A stretch of DNA of 64,000 bases, from contig JAKSLV010000002.1 in assembly GCA_024401025.1 (NCBI GenBank), positions 43 through 64,042 of the forward strand, read 5' to 3'. A program made the translations under genes and the position numbers. Shown in pieces: positions 8,662-17,783 of the stretch. Positions within the stretch are counted from its first letter, which is position 1. The number at the start of each line of letters is the position of its first letter. The stretch is from Bacteroidales bacterium (lineage in GTDB: Bacteria; Bacteroidota; Bacteroidia; Bacteroidales; UBA3824). The notes under the pieces are model-generated. The model had not been told where the DNA came from. It was given only the letters and a program-made list of their open reading frames with translations, and did no database searches.

Positions 8662-8755
8662 TTTGTAATTTGTTTTAATTAGACAAGGTGGTGTATCCCA
8701 ATATGGGAACGATCTCTTGGAACCTTGCTAAAGATTAGTATATTTTTATCCGGCA

Positions 8756-8788
8756 CAAAATTATTAGTTTTTCTTTTTATTTGCAAAT
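8756..8788 (-). promoter_or_regulatory. Bacteroidetes-type promoter for rplU-rpmA
   Basis: On the minus strand: TTTG (8788-8785), a 21-nt spacer, then TAATTTTG (8763-8756). Implies a leader of about 85 nt containing the hairpin TCCCA-ata-TGGGA. Confidence 0.45.
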
Positions 8789-8817
8789 ACTTTCACGATT
8801 TTTTTTTCTATTTTTGC
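8781..8817 (+). promoter_or_regulatory. Possible promoter for the bifunctional nuclease gene
   Basis: TATTTTTG (8810-8817) matches TAnnTTTG 25 nt before the ATG. The only upstream TTTG (8781-8784) is 25 nt away, which is longer than the usual 19-21 nt. Confidence 0.3.
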
Positions 8818-8841
8818 TAAAAATATTTTTCAACATCAGCC

Positions 8842-9402
8842 ATGCACAGAATCAAGCTCGAGATAGTGGCGGTAACGCCTCAGATACACAATCCAAATGC
8901 CTACAGCCTGATACTTCAGGAGATGGACGGCATCAGAAGAATCACCATCACCATAGGTATGGCCGAGGCTCAGGCCATTGCCATACAGCTTCAGGGCATG
9001 AGCACCGCGCGCCCGCTGGTGTATGATTTCATCAACAAGCTTACAGGAGAATTCAGCATCAGGATTCTGGAGGCCGAGATATACAAGGTGGAGGGCGGAA
9101 TTTTCCACAGCAAGGTAACGTGCGAGAGCAAGACGCATCCCTACAAGACCGCCATCGACGCACGCACATCAGATGCGGTGGCCATGGCGCTGAAATCCAA
9201 ATGTCCAATCTATACTACCGAGGAGGTGATGCTGGCAGCCGGCAACTGCATGGAAACGCGGCATCAGGGCAACAAAAACATGGAGATAAAGCCTCTTGCC
9301 GCTCTATCGGTATCGGAGCTGAAGACTCTGCTGCGCCGCGCCATCAAGTGCGAGGACTACGAGCAGGCCACAAAAATCAGGGACGAGATTAACAGAAGGT
9401 AA
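8842..9402 (+). CDS. Bifunctional nuclease family protein (DUF151-type) with C-terminal UVR motif
   Basis: 186 aa. N-terminal IVAVTPQIHNPNAYSLILQEMDG.RRITITIGMAEAQAIA pattern and TSDAVAMALK are typical of the BFN family. C-terminal LLRRAIKCEDYEQATKIRDEI is a UvrB/C-like motif. Confidence 0.7.
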   Translation: MHRIKLEIVAVTPQIHNPNAYSLILQEMDGIRRITITIGMAEAQAIAIQLQGMSTARPLVYDFINKLTGEFSIRILEAEIYKVEGGIFHSKVTCESKTHPYKTAIDARTSDAVAMALKSKCPIYTTEEVMLAAGNCMETRHQGNKNMEIKPLAALSVSELKTLLRRAIKCEDYEQATKIRDEINRR

Positions 9403-9429
9403 TTTTGCTAATGTATCAGACAAAATTAC
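9399..9429. terminator. Hairpin between convergent genes whose stem contains both stop codons
   Basis: GTAATTTTG (9399-9407) pairs with CAAAATTAC (9421-9429) across a 13-nt loop. TAA of the nuclease gene and TAA of the 95-aa gene both lie in the stem. No strong U-run. Confidence 0.35.
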
Positions 9430-9713
9430 TCTGAAAGCCATGGGTATTTTTCCTCCATTTCTTTAAAAAACTCCTCAATAGGTCTACATCTTCCTTCGCG
9501 ATAATCCTGTTCTGCTCTTTGAAGTCTTTCCAATGCCTCTTCCGCAGTCTTGGGTCCGAAAAAAGGAAACTCTGGCTCCCTGCAAGCACAGGAATAGTCT
9601 TCAGACTCGTCGTATACTTCACGACGAAGCCTGTCCCTATCCTCCTTTGGCATATTGAGTACCATCGTGCGGATTAAATCATAATTATACTGAATATTTG
9701 CTGCTGTAGTCAT
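9426..9713 (-). CDS. Hypothetical small acidic protein (95 aa)
   Basis: Longest ORF in the thyA-nuclease gap, same strand as thyA. Coherent charged and helical composition (TAEEALERLQRAEQDYREGR...FFKEMEEKYPWL). I recognised no family. Confidence 0.45.
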   Translation of the reverse strand: MTTAANIQYNYDLIRTMVLNMPKEDRDRLRREVYDESEDYSCACREPEFPFFGPKTAEEALERLQRAEQDYREGRCRPIEEFFKEMEEKYPWLSE

Positions 9714-9766
9714 AATAGAATAAGTTTTAGGTTACTAATAATTTGGTTCATTCATCTCACTACAAT

Positions 9767-10561
9767 CTACACACTTATCACACCTTTTATCGTTGGATGG
9801 CACTCATAATCCTCCAGCTGGAAATCCTCGTACTTGAACGAGAAGATGTCCTTTACATCGGGATTGATGCGCATCTTGGGCAGATGATATGGTGTGCGCG
9901 ACAGCTGCAAGTTCACCTGGTCGAGGTGGTTAAGGTATATATGCGCATCGCCTATGGTATGCACGAAATCTCCCAGCTGATATCCGCAAACCTGGGCCAC
10001 CATCATGGTGAGAAGTGCGTATGATGCAATATTGAAAGGTATTCCGAGGAAACTGTCTCCGCTGCGCTGATATAGCTGGCATGAGAGTTTGCCATCAGCC
10101 ACATAAAACTGAAACATCGTATGGCACGGAGGCAAAGCCATGTTGTCGACATCAGCCACATTCCAGGCGCTCACGATATGGCGGCGCGAGTCGGGATTCT
10201 TCTTTAGCTGCTCTATCAGGTTGCGTATCTGGTCTACCTCGCGTCCGTCGGGTGTTTTCCAATGACGCCACTGATATCCATACACAGGGCCAAGATCGCC
10301 ATTCTCGTCGGCCCACTCGTTCCAGATGCGCACACCGTTGTCCTGAAGATACTTTACGTTGGTATCACCATTCAGAAACCACAGGAGCTCATGAATGATT
10401 GATTTCAGGTGCATCTTCTTGGTGGTGAGCAATGGAAAACCATCAGCCAGATTGAAACGCATCTGGTATCCGAAATAACTTATTGTACCTGTTCCGGTAC
10501 GGTCTCCTTTCTTAACACCCTTGTCCAGAATAGTCTGGAGCAAATCTAGATACTGTTTCAT
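9767..10561 (-). CDS. thyA: Thymidylate synthase
   Basis: [26 protein letters not shown]..., LPPCH active-site motif, and [12 protein letters not shown]. Start set at the MKQYL Met (10561), giving a canonical length of 264 aa. Confidence 0.93.
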   Translation of the reverse strand: MKQYLDLLQTILDKGVKKGDRTGTGTISYFGYQMRFNLADGFPLLTTKKMHLKSIIHELLWFLNGDTNVKYLQDNGVRIWNEWADENGDLGPVYGYQWRHWKTPDGREVDQIRNLIEQLKKNPDSRRHIVSAWNVADVDNMALPPCHTMFQFYVADGKLSCQLYQRSGDSFLGIPFNIASYALLTMMVAQVCGYQLGDFVHTIGDAHIYLNHLDQVNLQLSRTPYHLPKMRINPDVKDIFSFKYEDFQLEDYECHPTIKGVISV

Positions 10562-10629
10562 CTGGCTGATAGATTTATATTTGTAATTATAAAAAGTGAT
10601 CTCTGTTTCGAGAACAGGCCGCAATGGAA

Positions 10630-13188
10630 CTATGCGTCTACCACGTCGTCGTCCTCGTCCTTGCTGTTGCCGTAGCCGTAACCATAGCCATAGCCGTAAC
10701 CATAGCCGTAGCCATAGCCATATCCGTGGTATCCACGCTTGCCGTAGCCGCGTTTCTGACCATCGGCGCTGCCGTTGAGGATGATACCCATCTTGGGCAG
10801 CTTGCCCTCGGTGTAGTAACGGTCCACAACAGGAATCATGCTGCGCTCGATGTTGCCGATTCTTACAACAAAGAGTGATGATGTGGCGTATTCGGCAATG
10901 ATGGTGGTATCAGCCACAACATCGATAGGAGGACAGTCGAATATCACCATGTCGAACTCGGCCTTCAGCTCATTAACCAATTTGCCGAATCTGTCGGAAT
11001 ACAGAAGCTCGGTTGGATTTGGAGGTATCATACCGCAAGGCAGTACGTAGAGGTTTGGCATTATCGCCTTCTTCTCCTCGCTGAGCACGTTGTTTTTGTG
11101 ACGCTCGCGGTAGGTGTACTCATGCTGCTTGATGAGTGGGTGCCAGTCGTCGTCGTCGCCGCTCAGGTATGTTGTGATACCGTTTTCTGGATTTCCAACC
11201 ACGCGGCTGAGGGTTCCCTTGCGGAGGTCGAGGTCAAGGATAACAACTTTCTTGCCCTTGATTGCGAAAGATGTTGAGAGGTTTTCTGATATGAACGACT
11301 TACCGCTACCGGCCATGATCGATGTTATCAGCACCACCTTGTCTTCCTTGTCCTTATGGATAAACTCGTAGTTGCTTCGCAAAATACGGAAGGCCTCGTT
11401 TACCACGTCGCGCTTTTTGGGTTTCACCACGATGGGTCGAATAGTGGTGTCGTCCACCTTTTCCTTGATCTCGAAAAGGCCAAGGAACTTCTTTGTGTTT
11501 TTGCTGCGCCAGAATGGAATCTCGCCCACGAAAGGAGTCTTCATACCCTCGAGGTCCTTGCGTCCGCGGAGCTTGGTGTCGTTGGCCTCTATCAGGTATA
11601 TGATACCGAGAGGAATTATGATTGCAAGCAGGAATGCTATGCCGAGCACCTTGATTGAGCTAGGCGCTGTAGGCTTCATTGTACCGAAAGGAGGACAGAT
11701 GAGACGTGTGTTGTAGGCTGTGAAAGCCTGAGAGAGCTCGTTCTCCTCACGTTTCTGGAGGAGGTAGAGGTAGAGCGACTCCTTAATCTTCTGCTGACGC
11801 TCCACAGTAAGCAGATACTTGGCCTGGTCAGGATTCTTTGCAATGTGTGATATGCTCTGATTGAGAGTACTCTTCAGGGTGTTTATCTGAGCATTGATGT
11901 ACTTTATCTGATTGTCCATCGATGCCATGATGTTGCTCTTCATCTCGTCGAGGGCCTGGTTGGCGTCCTTCACCAGAGGATTCTTCTCCGAAGTTTGGGT
12001 CAGGAGGCTGTTGCGCTCCAGCACCTTCTCGTTGTACTTGGCAATCTGCTGCTGCTCGGCAGTCTGCTGCTGTCCGCCTACGCTGTATGATGGAAGGAGC
12101 TGATACTTCTTGGATGTATCGCTTACGCAGAGCTTGATCTGCTTGGCCATGTAGAGCTGAATCTCGAACTGATTGAGCTCGTTGCTGAGCTCGTTGGCCT
12201 GAGTCATATACATATTTGTGGCCGATTTGATATCAGGAATCAGGTTGTCGGTCTTGTAGGACGAAATGTCGTCGTCTACCCTGCCGAGGTCCTGCTCTAT
12301 CACCTGAAGACGCTCAGATATAAACTTTGAGGTGCTTATCGCGAGCTGGTTCTTGTCCTCTATCCAGCGCTCGTTGTATACGGCTATAAGCATGTTGATG
12401 AAGTCCTCGCTTCGCTGGATGTTCTGGTCTACGTAGCTGAGGTTGATAACCGAAGCCTGCTTGTCGGCCAGCTCGGCGCTCATCTTCTTCTGGCAGATAG
12501 CCACGGCGTCCAGCACAGAGTACTTTGTAACGAAAATACGTGTAGGCTCGTCGAGCTGGCTCCAGTGAGATGTCTTGGAAACGAATATATTGCCGAGCGG
12601 AGTATCCACCGGGCAATCCACTGTTCCTGATACCTCCACACCGTCGGCCTCGAAATTATCAATGCTGGCAGTGGCAAACTTCGACAGCTTGAAAGATCCG
12701 TCGGGATTGATGTCGATAATAAAGGAACAAGAGAACAAATCGTCGGAATCCACAAGCTCCACGCTGATAGGATTGGTCATGCCGTAGAGCACGGTCTTGC
12801 GGAAAGTGCCGTCTTTCTGATAATCGTAATCGATGCTGAGGCGCTTTACCACCTCCATCAAAAGATTGGGCGACTTGATGGCCAGAAGCTCGTCGTTTAC
12901 GCTTGATTTGGAATTGAAGAGGCCGAGATTGGCAAACTCGTCCATGCCGTCGATCGACGCGCCCTTCTTGTCCTGCTTGATCTGGATCTGCGCATCACGT
13001 GTATAGCTCTTCTGTGTGCACAGGATATACAAAACCGCAATGGCAAGGCAAATGAAACCTGATATAATAAACCAATACCATCTGCTTAGGCATGCGCCCA
13101 GCAAATCCATGATATTAAGCTCGTTTACTGCCTCACCTTCGGCCATCTGCATTTGCTGGGCCGAACCATTCTGCTGCTCGTTTATCAT
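10630..13188 (-). CDS. Polysaccharide co-polymerase / BY-kinase (Wzc/GumC-like tyrosine autokinase)
   Basis: 852 aa. N-terminal Wzz-like domain with 2 TM segments and a long coiled periplasmic region, C-terminal P-loop kinase ([31 protein letters not shown]), and a Tyr-rich tail. Confidence 0.85.
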   Translation of the reverse strand: MINEQQNGSAQQMQMAEGEAVNELNIMDLLGACLSRWYWFIISGFICLAIAVLYILCTQKSYTRDAQIQIKQDKKGASIDGMDEFANLGLFNSKSSVNDELLAIKSPNLLMEVVKRLSIDYDYQKDGTFRKTVLYGMTNPISVELVDSDDLFSCSFIIDINPDGSFKLSKFATASIDNFEADGVEVSGTVDCPVDTPLGNIFVSKTSHWSQLDEPTRIFVTKYSVLDAVAICQKKMSAELADKQASVINLSYVDQNIQRSEDFINMLIAVYNERWIEDKNQLAISTSKFISERLQVIEQDLGRVDDDISSYKTDNLIPDIKSATNMYMTQANELSNELNQFEIQLYMAKQIKLCVSDTSKKYQLLPSYSVGGQQQTAEQQQIAKYNEKVLERNSLLTQTSEKNPLVKDANQALDEMKSNIMASMDNQIKYINAQINTLKSTLNQSISHIAKNPDQAKYLLTVERQQKIKESLYLYLLQKREENELSQAFTAYNTRLICPPFGTMKPTAPSSIKVLGIAFLLAIIIPLGIIYLIEANDTKLRGRKDLEGMKTPFVGEIPFWRSKNTKKFLGLFEIKEKVDDTTIRPIVVKPKKRDVVNEAFRILRSNYEFIHKDKEDKVVLITSIMAGSGKSFISENLSTSFAIKGKKVVILDLDLRKGTLSRVVGNPENGITTYLSGDDDDWHPLIKQHEYTYRERHKNNVLSEEKKAIMPNLYVLPCGMIPPNPTELLYSDRFGKLVNELKAEFDMVIFDCPPIDVVADTTIIAEYATSSLFVVRIGNIERSMIPVVDRYYTEGKLPKMGIILNGSADGQKRGYGKRGYHGYGYGYGYGYGYGYGYGYGNSKDEDDDVVDA
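10669..10725 (-). repeat. Hexanucleotide (GGY-TAY) tandem repeat encoding G(YG)9 at the BY-kinase C-terminus
   Basis: Codon-by-codon reading gives [19 protein letters not shown], preceded by GYGKRGYH. That is 11 Tyr in the last 40 residues, followed by the acidic end [12 protein letters not shown]. Confidence 0.9.
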
Positions 13189-13213
13189 ATTTATCTAGTT
13201 TATACTAAAATTA

Positions 13214-14014
13214 TTATCTCAAGAAAATTACCATAATAGATGTAAGAACCGAAGTGATTGAAATCCAGAAAGAGCCGGACCTTACATTGTTTCCGTTAAC
13301 AGTAGCCTGACGTTTGCGGACGCTGTTGGCCTCCACATAAAGGATGTCGTCCTGCTGAAGATAAAAAGCGGGAGAAGAGAAAATATCGCCCTTGGTGAAA
13401 TCTAGCTCATAAACCTTGCGCTCCGAGCCCTCCTCGCGGATAAGCTTCACATTGGTGCGCTCTCCCTGTATAGACATATCGCCGGCCATACCCAGCGCCT
13501 CGAAAATCGTAAGCTTGTCCTTGGTGATGGCATACCTTCCGGTGCGGGCCACCTCGCCAAGCACGGTAAAAAACATATTGTCGAACTCTACGGTAACAAC
13601 AAAATCGTCTTCCTCGATAAAAAATTCCTTTTCCCTAAGCTGCTGCTTCACCAGACTTACCACCTGATTGCGCGAGAGACCCTCCACCTGCAGCGCGCCC
13701 AAACCGGGAAAATCTATCATACCGTCGGAATCCACCTGATACGACGACATCAGATAGCTGCCGTTGTTGAGAGATGTGTAGCCAACGCGGCTGCTGCTTA
13801 CTGCCAAATTGAACTGAGATGCCAACTCGGGCCTGCGGGCATGCACTACTATAGAAAGCTTGTCGCCCTTCTTGAGCTTGAGCTCCGCATTATCGGGCAC
13901 AGTGATCTGTGCGCCGTTTTCCAGATCCTGGAAATAGGTGATATTCTTGGGAGCGGAGCATCCAACGCCCAACACCAAAACTGCGAAAACGAATAGTTGT
14001 TTCAGTATAGCCAT
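13214..14014 (-). CDS. Polysaccharide export outer-membrane protein (Wza-like, Poly_export + SLBB)
   Basis: Lipoprotein signal (LVLGVGCSAP), a YQVDSDGMIDFPGLGALQVEGLS motif, and SLBB-like GEVARTGRY. Lies directly upstream of the BY-kinase. Confidence 0.85.
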   Translation of the reverse strand: MAILKQLFVFAVLVLGVGCSAPKNITYFQDLENGAQITVPDNAELKLKKGDKLSIVVHARRPELASQFNLAVSSSRVGYTSLNNGSYLMSSYQVDSDGMIDFPGLGALQVEGLSRNQVVSLVKQQLREKEFFIEEDDFVVTVEFDNMFFTVLGEVARTGRYAITKDKLTIFEALGMAGDMSIQGERTNVKLIREEGSERKVYELDFTKGDIFSSPAFYLQQDDILYVEANSVRKRQATVNGNNVRSGSFWISITSVLTSIMVIFLR

Positions 14015-14036
14015 TTTTCTACAAATAAATTTTCCG

Positions 14037-14044
14037 CAAAGTTA
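14037..14044 (-). promoter_or_regulatory. Candidate -7 box for the wza-like operon
   Basis: The minus strand reads TAACTTTG (TAnnTTTG) 22 nt upstream of the ATG. No clear -33 TTTG. Confidence 0.3.
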
Positions 14045-14098
14045 ATACAAAAGAATTACATAACCTAAAAAAATATCATCACATAAGTTATTTTTTTT

Positions 14099-14106
14099 TA
14101 TTTTTG
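14099..14106 (+). promoter_or_regulatory. Candidate -7 box for the tsaC-like gene
   Basis: TATTTTTG matches TAnnTTTG 23 nt upstream of ATG 14130, preceded by a T-run. Confidence 0.3.
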
Positions 14107-14129
14107 CAGTCAAATAATCTAAAAACCAA

Positions 14130-14750
14130 ATGAGCACACTTTTAAAGATACACCCAGAGACTCCACAGCTCCGCCAGATACTGCAAGCAGTGGAGGTTCT
14201 CAACAACGATGGAGTAATAATTTACCCCACCGACAGCGTATATGCGCTGGGATGCAGCATGCACAGCAAGAAAGCGCTTGAGCGCCTGGCCAGATTCAAA
14301 CACATCAACCTGGCCAAGGCAAGATTCTCGTTTATTTGCAGGTCGCTGCAAGACATTGCGGAATACACAATGCCTCTCGACACGCGTATTTTCAAGATCC
14401 TGAAGAAAAACACTCCAGGACCATTCACATTTATTCTTCCGGCCAGCAAGAAGATTCCACGCATGTTCGACAACTCGCGCAAGGAGGTAGGCCTCAGGAT
14501 CCCTGATTCCAACATCCTGAACATGATAGTGGAGAATCTGGGACATCCGCTGCTTACCACATCCATCATCGACGAGGACGAGGTGCTGGAATACACCACC
14601 GACCCCGAGCTTATCTGGGAGAGGTATCAGAACCAGGTGGACCTGGTGATAGATGGCGGATACGGCAACAACAACCCCACAGCCGTAATCAACTGCACCG
14701 GCGGCGATATCGAGATCATCCGCGAAGGCATCAGGGAACTGGAATATTAA
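14130..14750 (+). CDS. tsaC: L-threonylcarbamoyladenylate synthase (YrdC/TsaC family)
   Basis: 206 aa. IIYPTDSVYALGC, KPFTFILP-like GPFTFILPAS, LRIPD and HPLLTTS are motifs of the YrdC domain. Confidence 0.8.
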   Translation: MSTLLKIHPETPQLRQILQAVEVLNNDGVIIYPTDSVYALGCSMHSKKALERLARFKHINLAKARFSFICRSLQDIAEYTMPLDTRIFKILKKNTPGPFTFILPASKKIPRMFDNSRKEVGLRIPDSNILNMIVENLGHPLLTTSIIDEDEVLEYTTDPELIWERYQNQVDLVIDGGYGNNNPTAVINCTGGDIEIIREGIRELEY

Positions 14751-14787
14751 AGAGTAAAGAGTAAAGAGTAAAGATTAGAGATCAAAG
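14746..14787 (+). repeat. Heptamer tandem array starting in the tsaC stop codon
   Basis: ATTAAAG AGTAAAG AGTAAAG AGTAAAG ATTAGAG ATCAAAG, six units of 7 nt. The tsaC TAA (14748-50) lies in unit 1, and the convergent HAD gene stop (14782-84) lies in unit 6. Confidence 0.8.
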
Positions 14788-15474
14788 AATCTCTTTCAGA
14801 TGGATAAGACTGGTGATCTCGTAATCGGGCTTGTAGGGGCAGGGGATGTTTCGGCGGTTGAAATACACGCTGCCCATGCCGCAGGCCTTGGCTCCGGCTA
14901 TGTCGGATTCGGCATCGTCGCCTATGAGAATGCTCTCTTGCAGCACGGCTCCGGTATGCTCCATCACGTAATCGAAAAACTGGCGGCTGGGCTTCATGGC
15001 GCCGGCATCAGCACTCACCACAAAATAATCCAGAAGGTGGGCCAGACCCGAATTCCTGAGCTTGCGCATCTGCGGGCCACGGAATCCGTTGGTAACCACA
15101 ATAAGCACATAGCCCCTTTCACGCAGATACTCAAGCACTTCTCGGGCGTATGGCACCAGCTGGCTCCATGTCTCCACCGAGGTCAGATAGCTATCGTTTA
15201 CCCTCTGCGCCAAATCCATATCGCGGCATCCGGCGGCGGCCAGCGTATCGTAAAACCTGTGAGCCACAAGATAATCCCTGCTGATGGAGCCGTCACGGTA
15301 CGATGCCCAGAGAGCATCGTTGGCCCTGTAATAGCCATCCCGGAAAGAGGCCTCTGATGCGAAAAACCTGTGCAGCCCCATGCTGGAATAGCAATGGTTG
15401 AGTGCCAGCGCCGAGTTGGCCGAAAAATCCCACAGAGTGTCGTCCCAATCCAGAAGCAGATATTTCACCATCAT
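14782..15474 (-). CDS. HAD-IA family hydrolase (YjjG-like nucleotidase)
   Basis: DxDxT motif LLDWDDTLWDF, VVTNG, MKPSRQFF and GDDAESDIAGA are the four HAD motifs. Confidence 0.8.
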   Translation of the reverse strand: MMVKYLLLDWDDTLWDFSANSALALNHCYSSMGLHRFFASEASFRDGYYRANDALWASYRDGSISRDYLVAHRFYDTLAAAGCRDMDLAQRVNDSYLTSVETWSQLVPYAREVLEYLRERGYVLIVVTNGFRGPQMRKLRNSGLAHLLDYFVVSADAGAMKPSRQFFDYVMEHTGAVLQESILIGDDAESDIAGAKACGMGSVYFNRRNIPCPYKPDYEITSLIHLKEIL

Positions 15475-15491
15475 ATATATAAGGTGTAAGC

Positions 15492-15527
15492 AAAAAAATA
15501 GCCGGCACCCGGTATGCGGATGCCAGC
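15492..15527 (-). terminator. Probable terminator after the coiled-coil lipoprotein gene
   Basis: Minus strand: GCTGGCA...TGCCGGC stem (one G-U pair), followed by TATTTTTTTG. Confidence 0.45.
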
Positions 15528-15569
15528 CATCATTATTTTTTTATCAGTGAGCTGATACCGCGGTTCCAA

Positions 15570-16436
15570 TTAGTCAACCACGATAACGAGGAACTTGCTG
15601 CGCTCCCAGAAAGCCACTGGATCGGTAATCTCGAGCTTCTCCACTACATTGCCACGGCTAACGAGCTTGTATGAGCTGGTAGGATGAGAAGAGAGGATGT
15701 TGGCCTTCTTGGTATTAAGCATTACCGACGAAAGCTGACGGAGATCCACCTGAGTGAAATAGTTCTTATCGAAAGAATCGCCAATCTTAAGACCCTTGAA
15801 CATGCCTTCCTTCGAAACCACATTGTGATTTACGAGCTCCTTCTTGGTTCCAACTACGTAGAATACTGTATTGAGGGCGGCGTCCTGAGAAGAGATAAGC
15901 TCCGACTGCTCCTCGTTTACCTGCATCTGCTCGTTGAGTACCGAATCCTGAGCCGAAATCTTGGCGTCGAGATCAGCCACCACCACGTTCATGCGCTCAA
16001 GCTGGTCCTTGAGTGTGGCAAGCTCCTTGTCCTTGGTCTCCATCTGCTCGGTAAGCAGCTGGATGGTCTTTGCAAGCTCCTTGTTCTTGATACCATTCTG
16101 CTGAAGCTTGGTATTAAGATCCTTGATGGTCTGCTTGTTCTTGAGCATGAGCTCGTAGATAGAGGTGATGTCGGAATTGATCTGGTCGGCCGATCTGTCG
16201 TCCACCTCGCCGTTGCCGGTCTTCATAGAGATAATCTGCTCCTTCTCCTTGATAGCCGCAAGGTTCTCCTGTATAGAGTTGAAGGCGGCCAGATAGTCGT
16301 CGATCTTTACGCCGCCGGTGATGGCCACGCTTCTAAGGCTGTCGTTCTCCTGCTGAAGTCTCTGCAGCTCCGAGTTGTTGCAGGAAGCCATAAACATTGG
16401 AGCCACAAGGGCTGCCACAAACAATACTCTTTTCAT
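15570..16436 (-). CDS. Hypothetical coiled-coil lipoprotein
   Basis: Lipobox MFMASCNN, about 170 aa of heptad-like Q/E/L/K-rich sequence, and a C-terminal beta-rich domain. No family recognised. Confidence 0.7.
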   Translation of the reverse strand: MKRVLFVAALVAPMFMASCNNSELQRLQQENDSLRSVAITGGVKIDDYLAAFNSIQENLAAIKEKEQIISMKTGNGEVDDRSADQINSDITSIYELMLKNKQTIKDLNTKLQQNGIKNKELAKTIQLLTEQMETKDKELATLKDQLERMNVVVADLDAKISAQDSVLNEQMQVNEEQSELISSQDAALNTVFYVVGTKKELVNHNVVSKEGMFKGLKIGDSFDKNYFTQVDLRQLSSVMLNTKKANILSSHPTSSYKLVSRGNVVEKLEITDPVAFWERSKFLVIVVD

Positions 16437-16588
16437 TTTTTTAAATGCAAAGTTTTTAAGTGATAATTAAGATTTTATGTGTAAAAAATCACTGCAAAAA
16501 TAAAAAACAATTTTCAGTATAACACAAAATTGGCAAAAAAAATGTAATTTTGAGGCAAATTTATAAACCAATTAACACTTTAGGAAAA

Positions 16589-17038
16589 ATGAGAAGACTA
16601 CTTATTATCGCAGCAGCGCTGATGCTCGGCACCCAGCTGGCAAGCGCACAGGAGATCGTAAAACAGAAGAAAGTGCCACAGGCCGTTCAGGTGCAGTACA
16701 TCAACGATGTAAGCAAGACAGCATGCAAGAAGGCCGTATGGTATCAGACCGGCGATTTCTACACCGCCGAATACGAGGGCATCATGAAGAGATACACACA
16801 GGCCGGCACACCACTCTGGACATCGCAGAAGATAGCCAAGGACGATGTTGACACCGAGATCCTGGAGGCCTTCAGCAAGAAGTACGGCGTGGAGTATCCA
16901 TACCAGTGGGCCGAGAAGGTTACAATGGCCAGCGGCGAAAAGTTCACCTACATCGTGGGCAAGAAGAAGAAATACAACTACTACTTCAAGTACAACGAGA
17001 AAAAGGTAATGGTGGAGAAGGTAGCCACCAACAAGTAA
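16589..17038 (+). CDS. Secreted PepSY-like (DUF2874-type) protein
   Basis: Signal peptide MRRLLIIAAALMLGTQLASAQE, followed by two short repeats of a beta-lactamase-inhibitor-like PepSY pattern (KKAVWYQTGDFYTAEY / EKFTYIVGKKKKYNYYFKY). Start moved to ATG 16589. Confidence 0.55.
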   Translation: MRRLLIIAAALMLGTQLASAQEIVKQKKVPQAVQVQYINDVSKTACKKAVWYQTGDFYTAEYEGIMKRYTQAGTPLWTSQKIAKDDVDTEILEAFSKKYGVEYPYQWAEKVTMASGEKFTYIVGKKKKYNYYFKYNEKKVMVEKVATNK

Positions 17039-17069
17039 ACCACACACACATCAACACAACAATACCCAA

Positions 17070-17783
17070 ATGGCAAAACTCTACGTAGTACCCACGCCCG
17101 TAGGCAACCTAGACGACATGACATTCAGGGCCATAAAGGTTCTGGAGCAGGCCAGCCTGATACTCTGCGAGGACACGCGCACCAGCGCCGGCCTCCTCAA
17201 GCACTTCAACATCACCACACGCACGGCCAGCCACCACAAGTTCAACGAGCATCAGACATGCGAGATGTATGCCCAGCGCATCCAGGGCGGCGAAGACATT
17301 GCCCTGATATCTGATGCCGGCACTCCGGCCATATCCGATCCCGGATTCATGCTGGTGAGAGCCTGCGTGCAGCTTGGAGTGGATGTGGAGTGCCTGCCGG
17401 GAGCCACGGCCTTTGTGCCGGCCCTGGTGGACTCGGGTTTCGGATGCGAGAGTTTTGTCTTTGCGGGTTTCCTGCCTCAGAAAAAGGGGCGTCAGAAAAA
17501 ACTGGGCGAGATAAGCGCCCTGGGAATCACCACCATTTTCTACGAATCGCCATACCGCATTATGAAACTGCTGGCAGAGATAAAGCAGTATTTCGGGCCA
17601 GAGCGCCGCGTATCCATCTCGCGCGAGATATCCAAGCTGCATGAGCAGACCCTTAGGGGCACCGCGCAGGAGCTGGAAGAGGCTTTCAAGGCCAAGCCGC
17701 CCAAGGGCGAGTTTGTGGTGATAGTAGACAAACCGCAATCCAAAAAAGATGAGACTCTGTACGAAGAGGACGATAGCGAGTAG
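17070..17783 (+). CDS. rsmI: 16S rRNA (cytidine1402-2'-O)-methyltransferase
   Basis: MAKLYVVPTPVGNLDDMTFRAIKVLEQASLILCEDTR... and ISDAGTPAISDPGF are canonical RsmI (tetrapyrrole-methylase fold) motifs. Confidence 0.9.
   Translation: MAKLYVVPTPVGNLDDMTFRAIKVLEQASLILCEDTRTSAGLLKHFNITTRTASHHKFNEHQTCEMYAQRIQGGEDIALISDAGTPAISDPGFMLVRACVQLGVDVECLPGATAFVPALVDSGFGCESFVFAGFLPQKKGRQKKLGEISALGITTIFYESPYRIMKLLAEIKQYFGPERRVSISREISKLHEQTLRGTAQELEEAFKAKPPKGEFVVIVDKPQSKKDETLYEEDDSE

Noticed and set aside
10596-10878. Plus-strand ORFs with (AV/AI)n or RSRNHS repeats
   Set aside because: These are antisense or frame-shifted readings of the (GY)n hexanucleotide repeat at the end of the BY-kinase gene.
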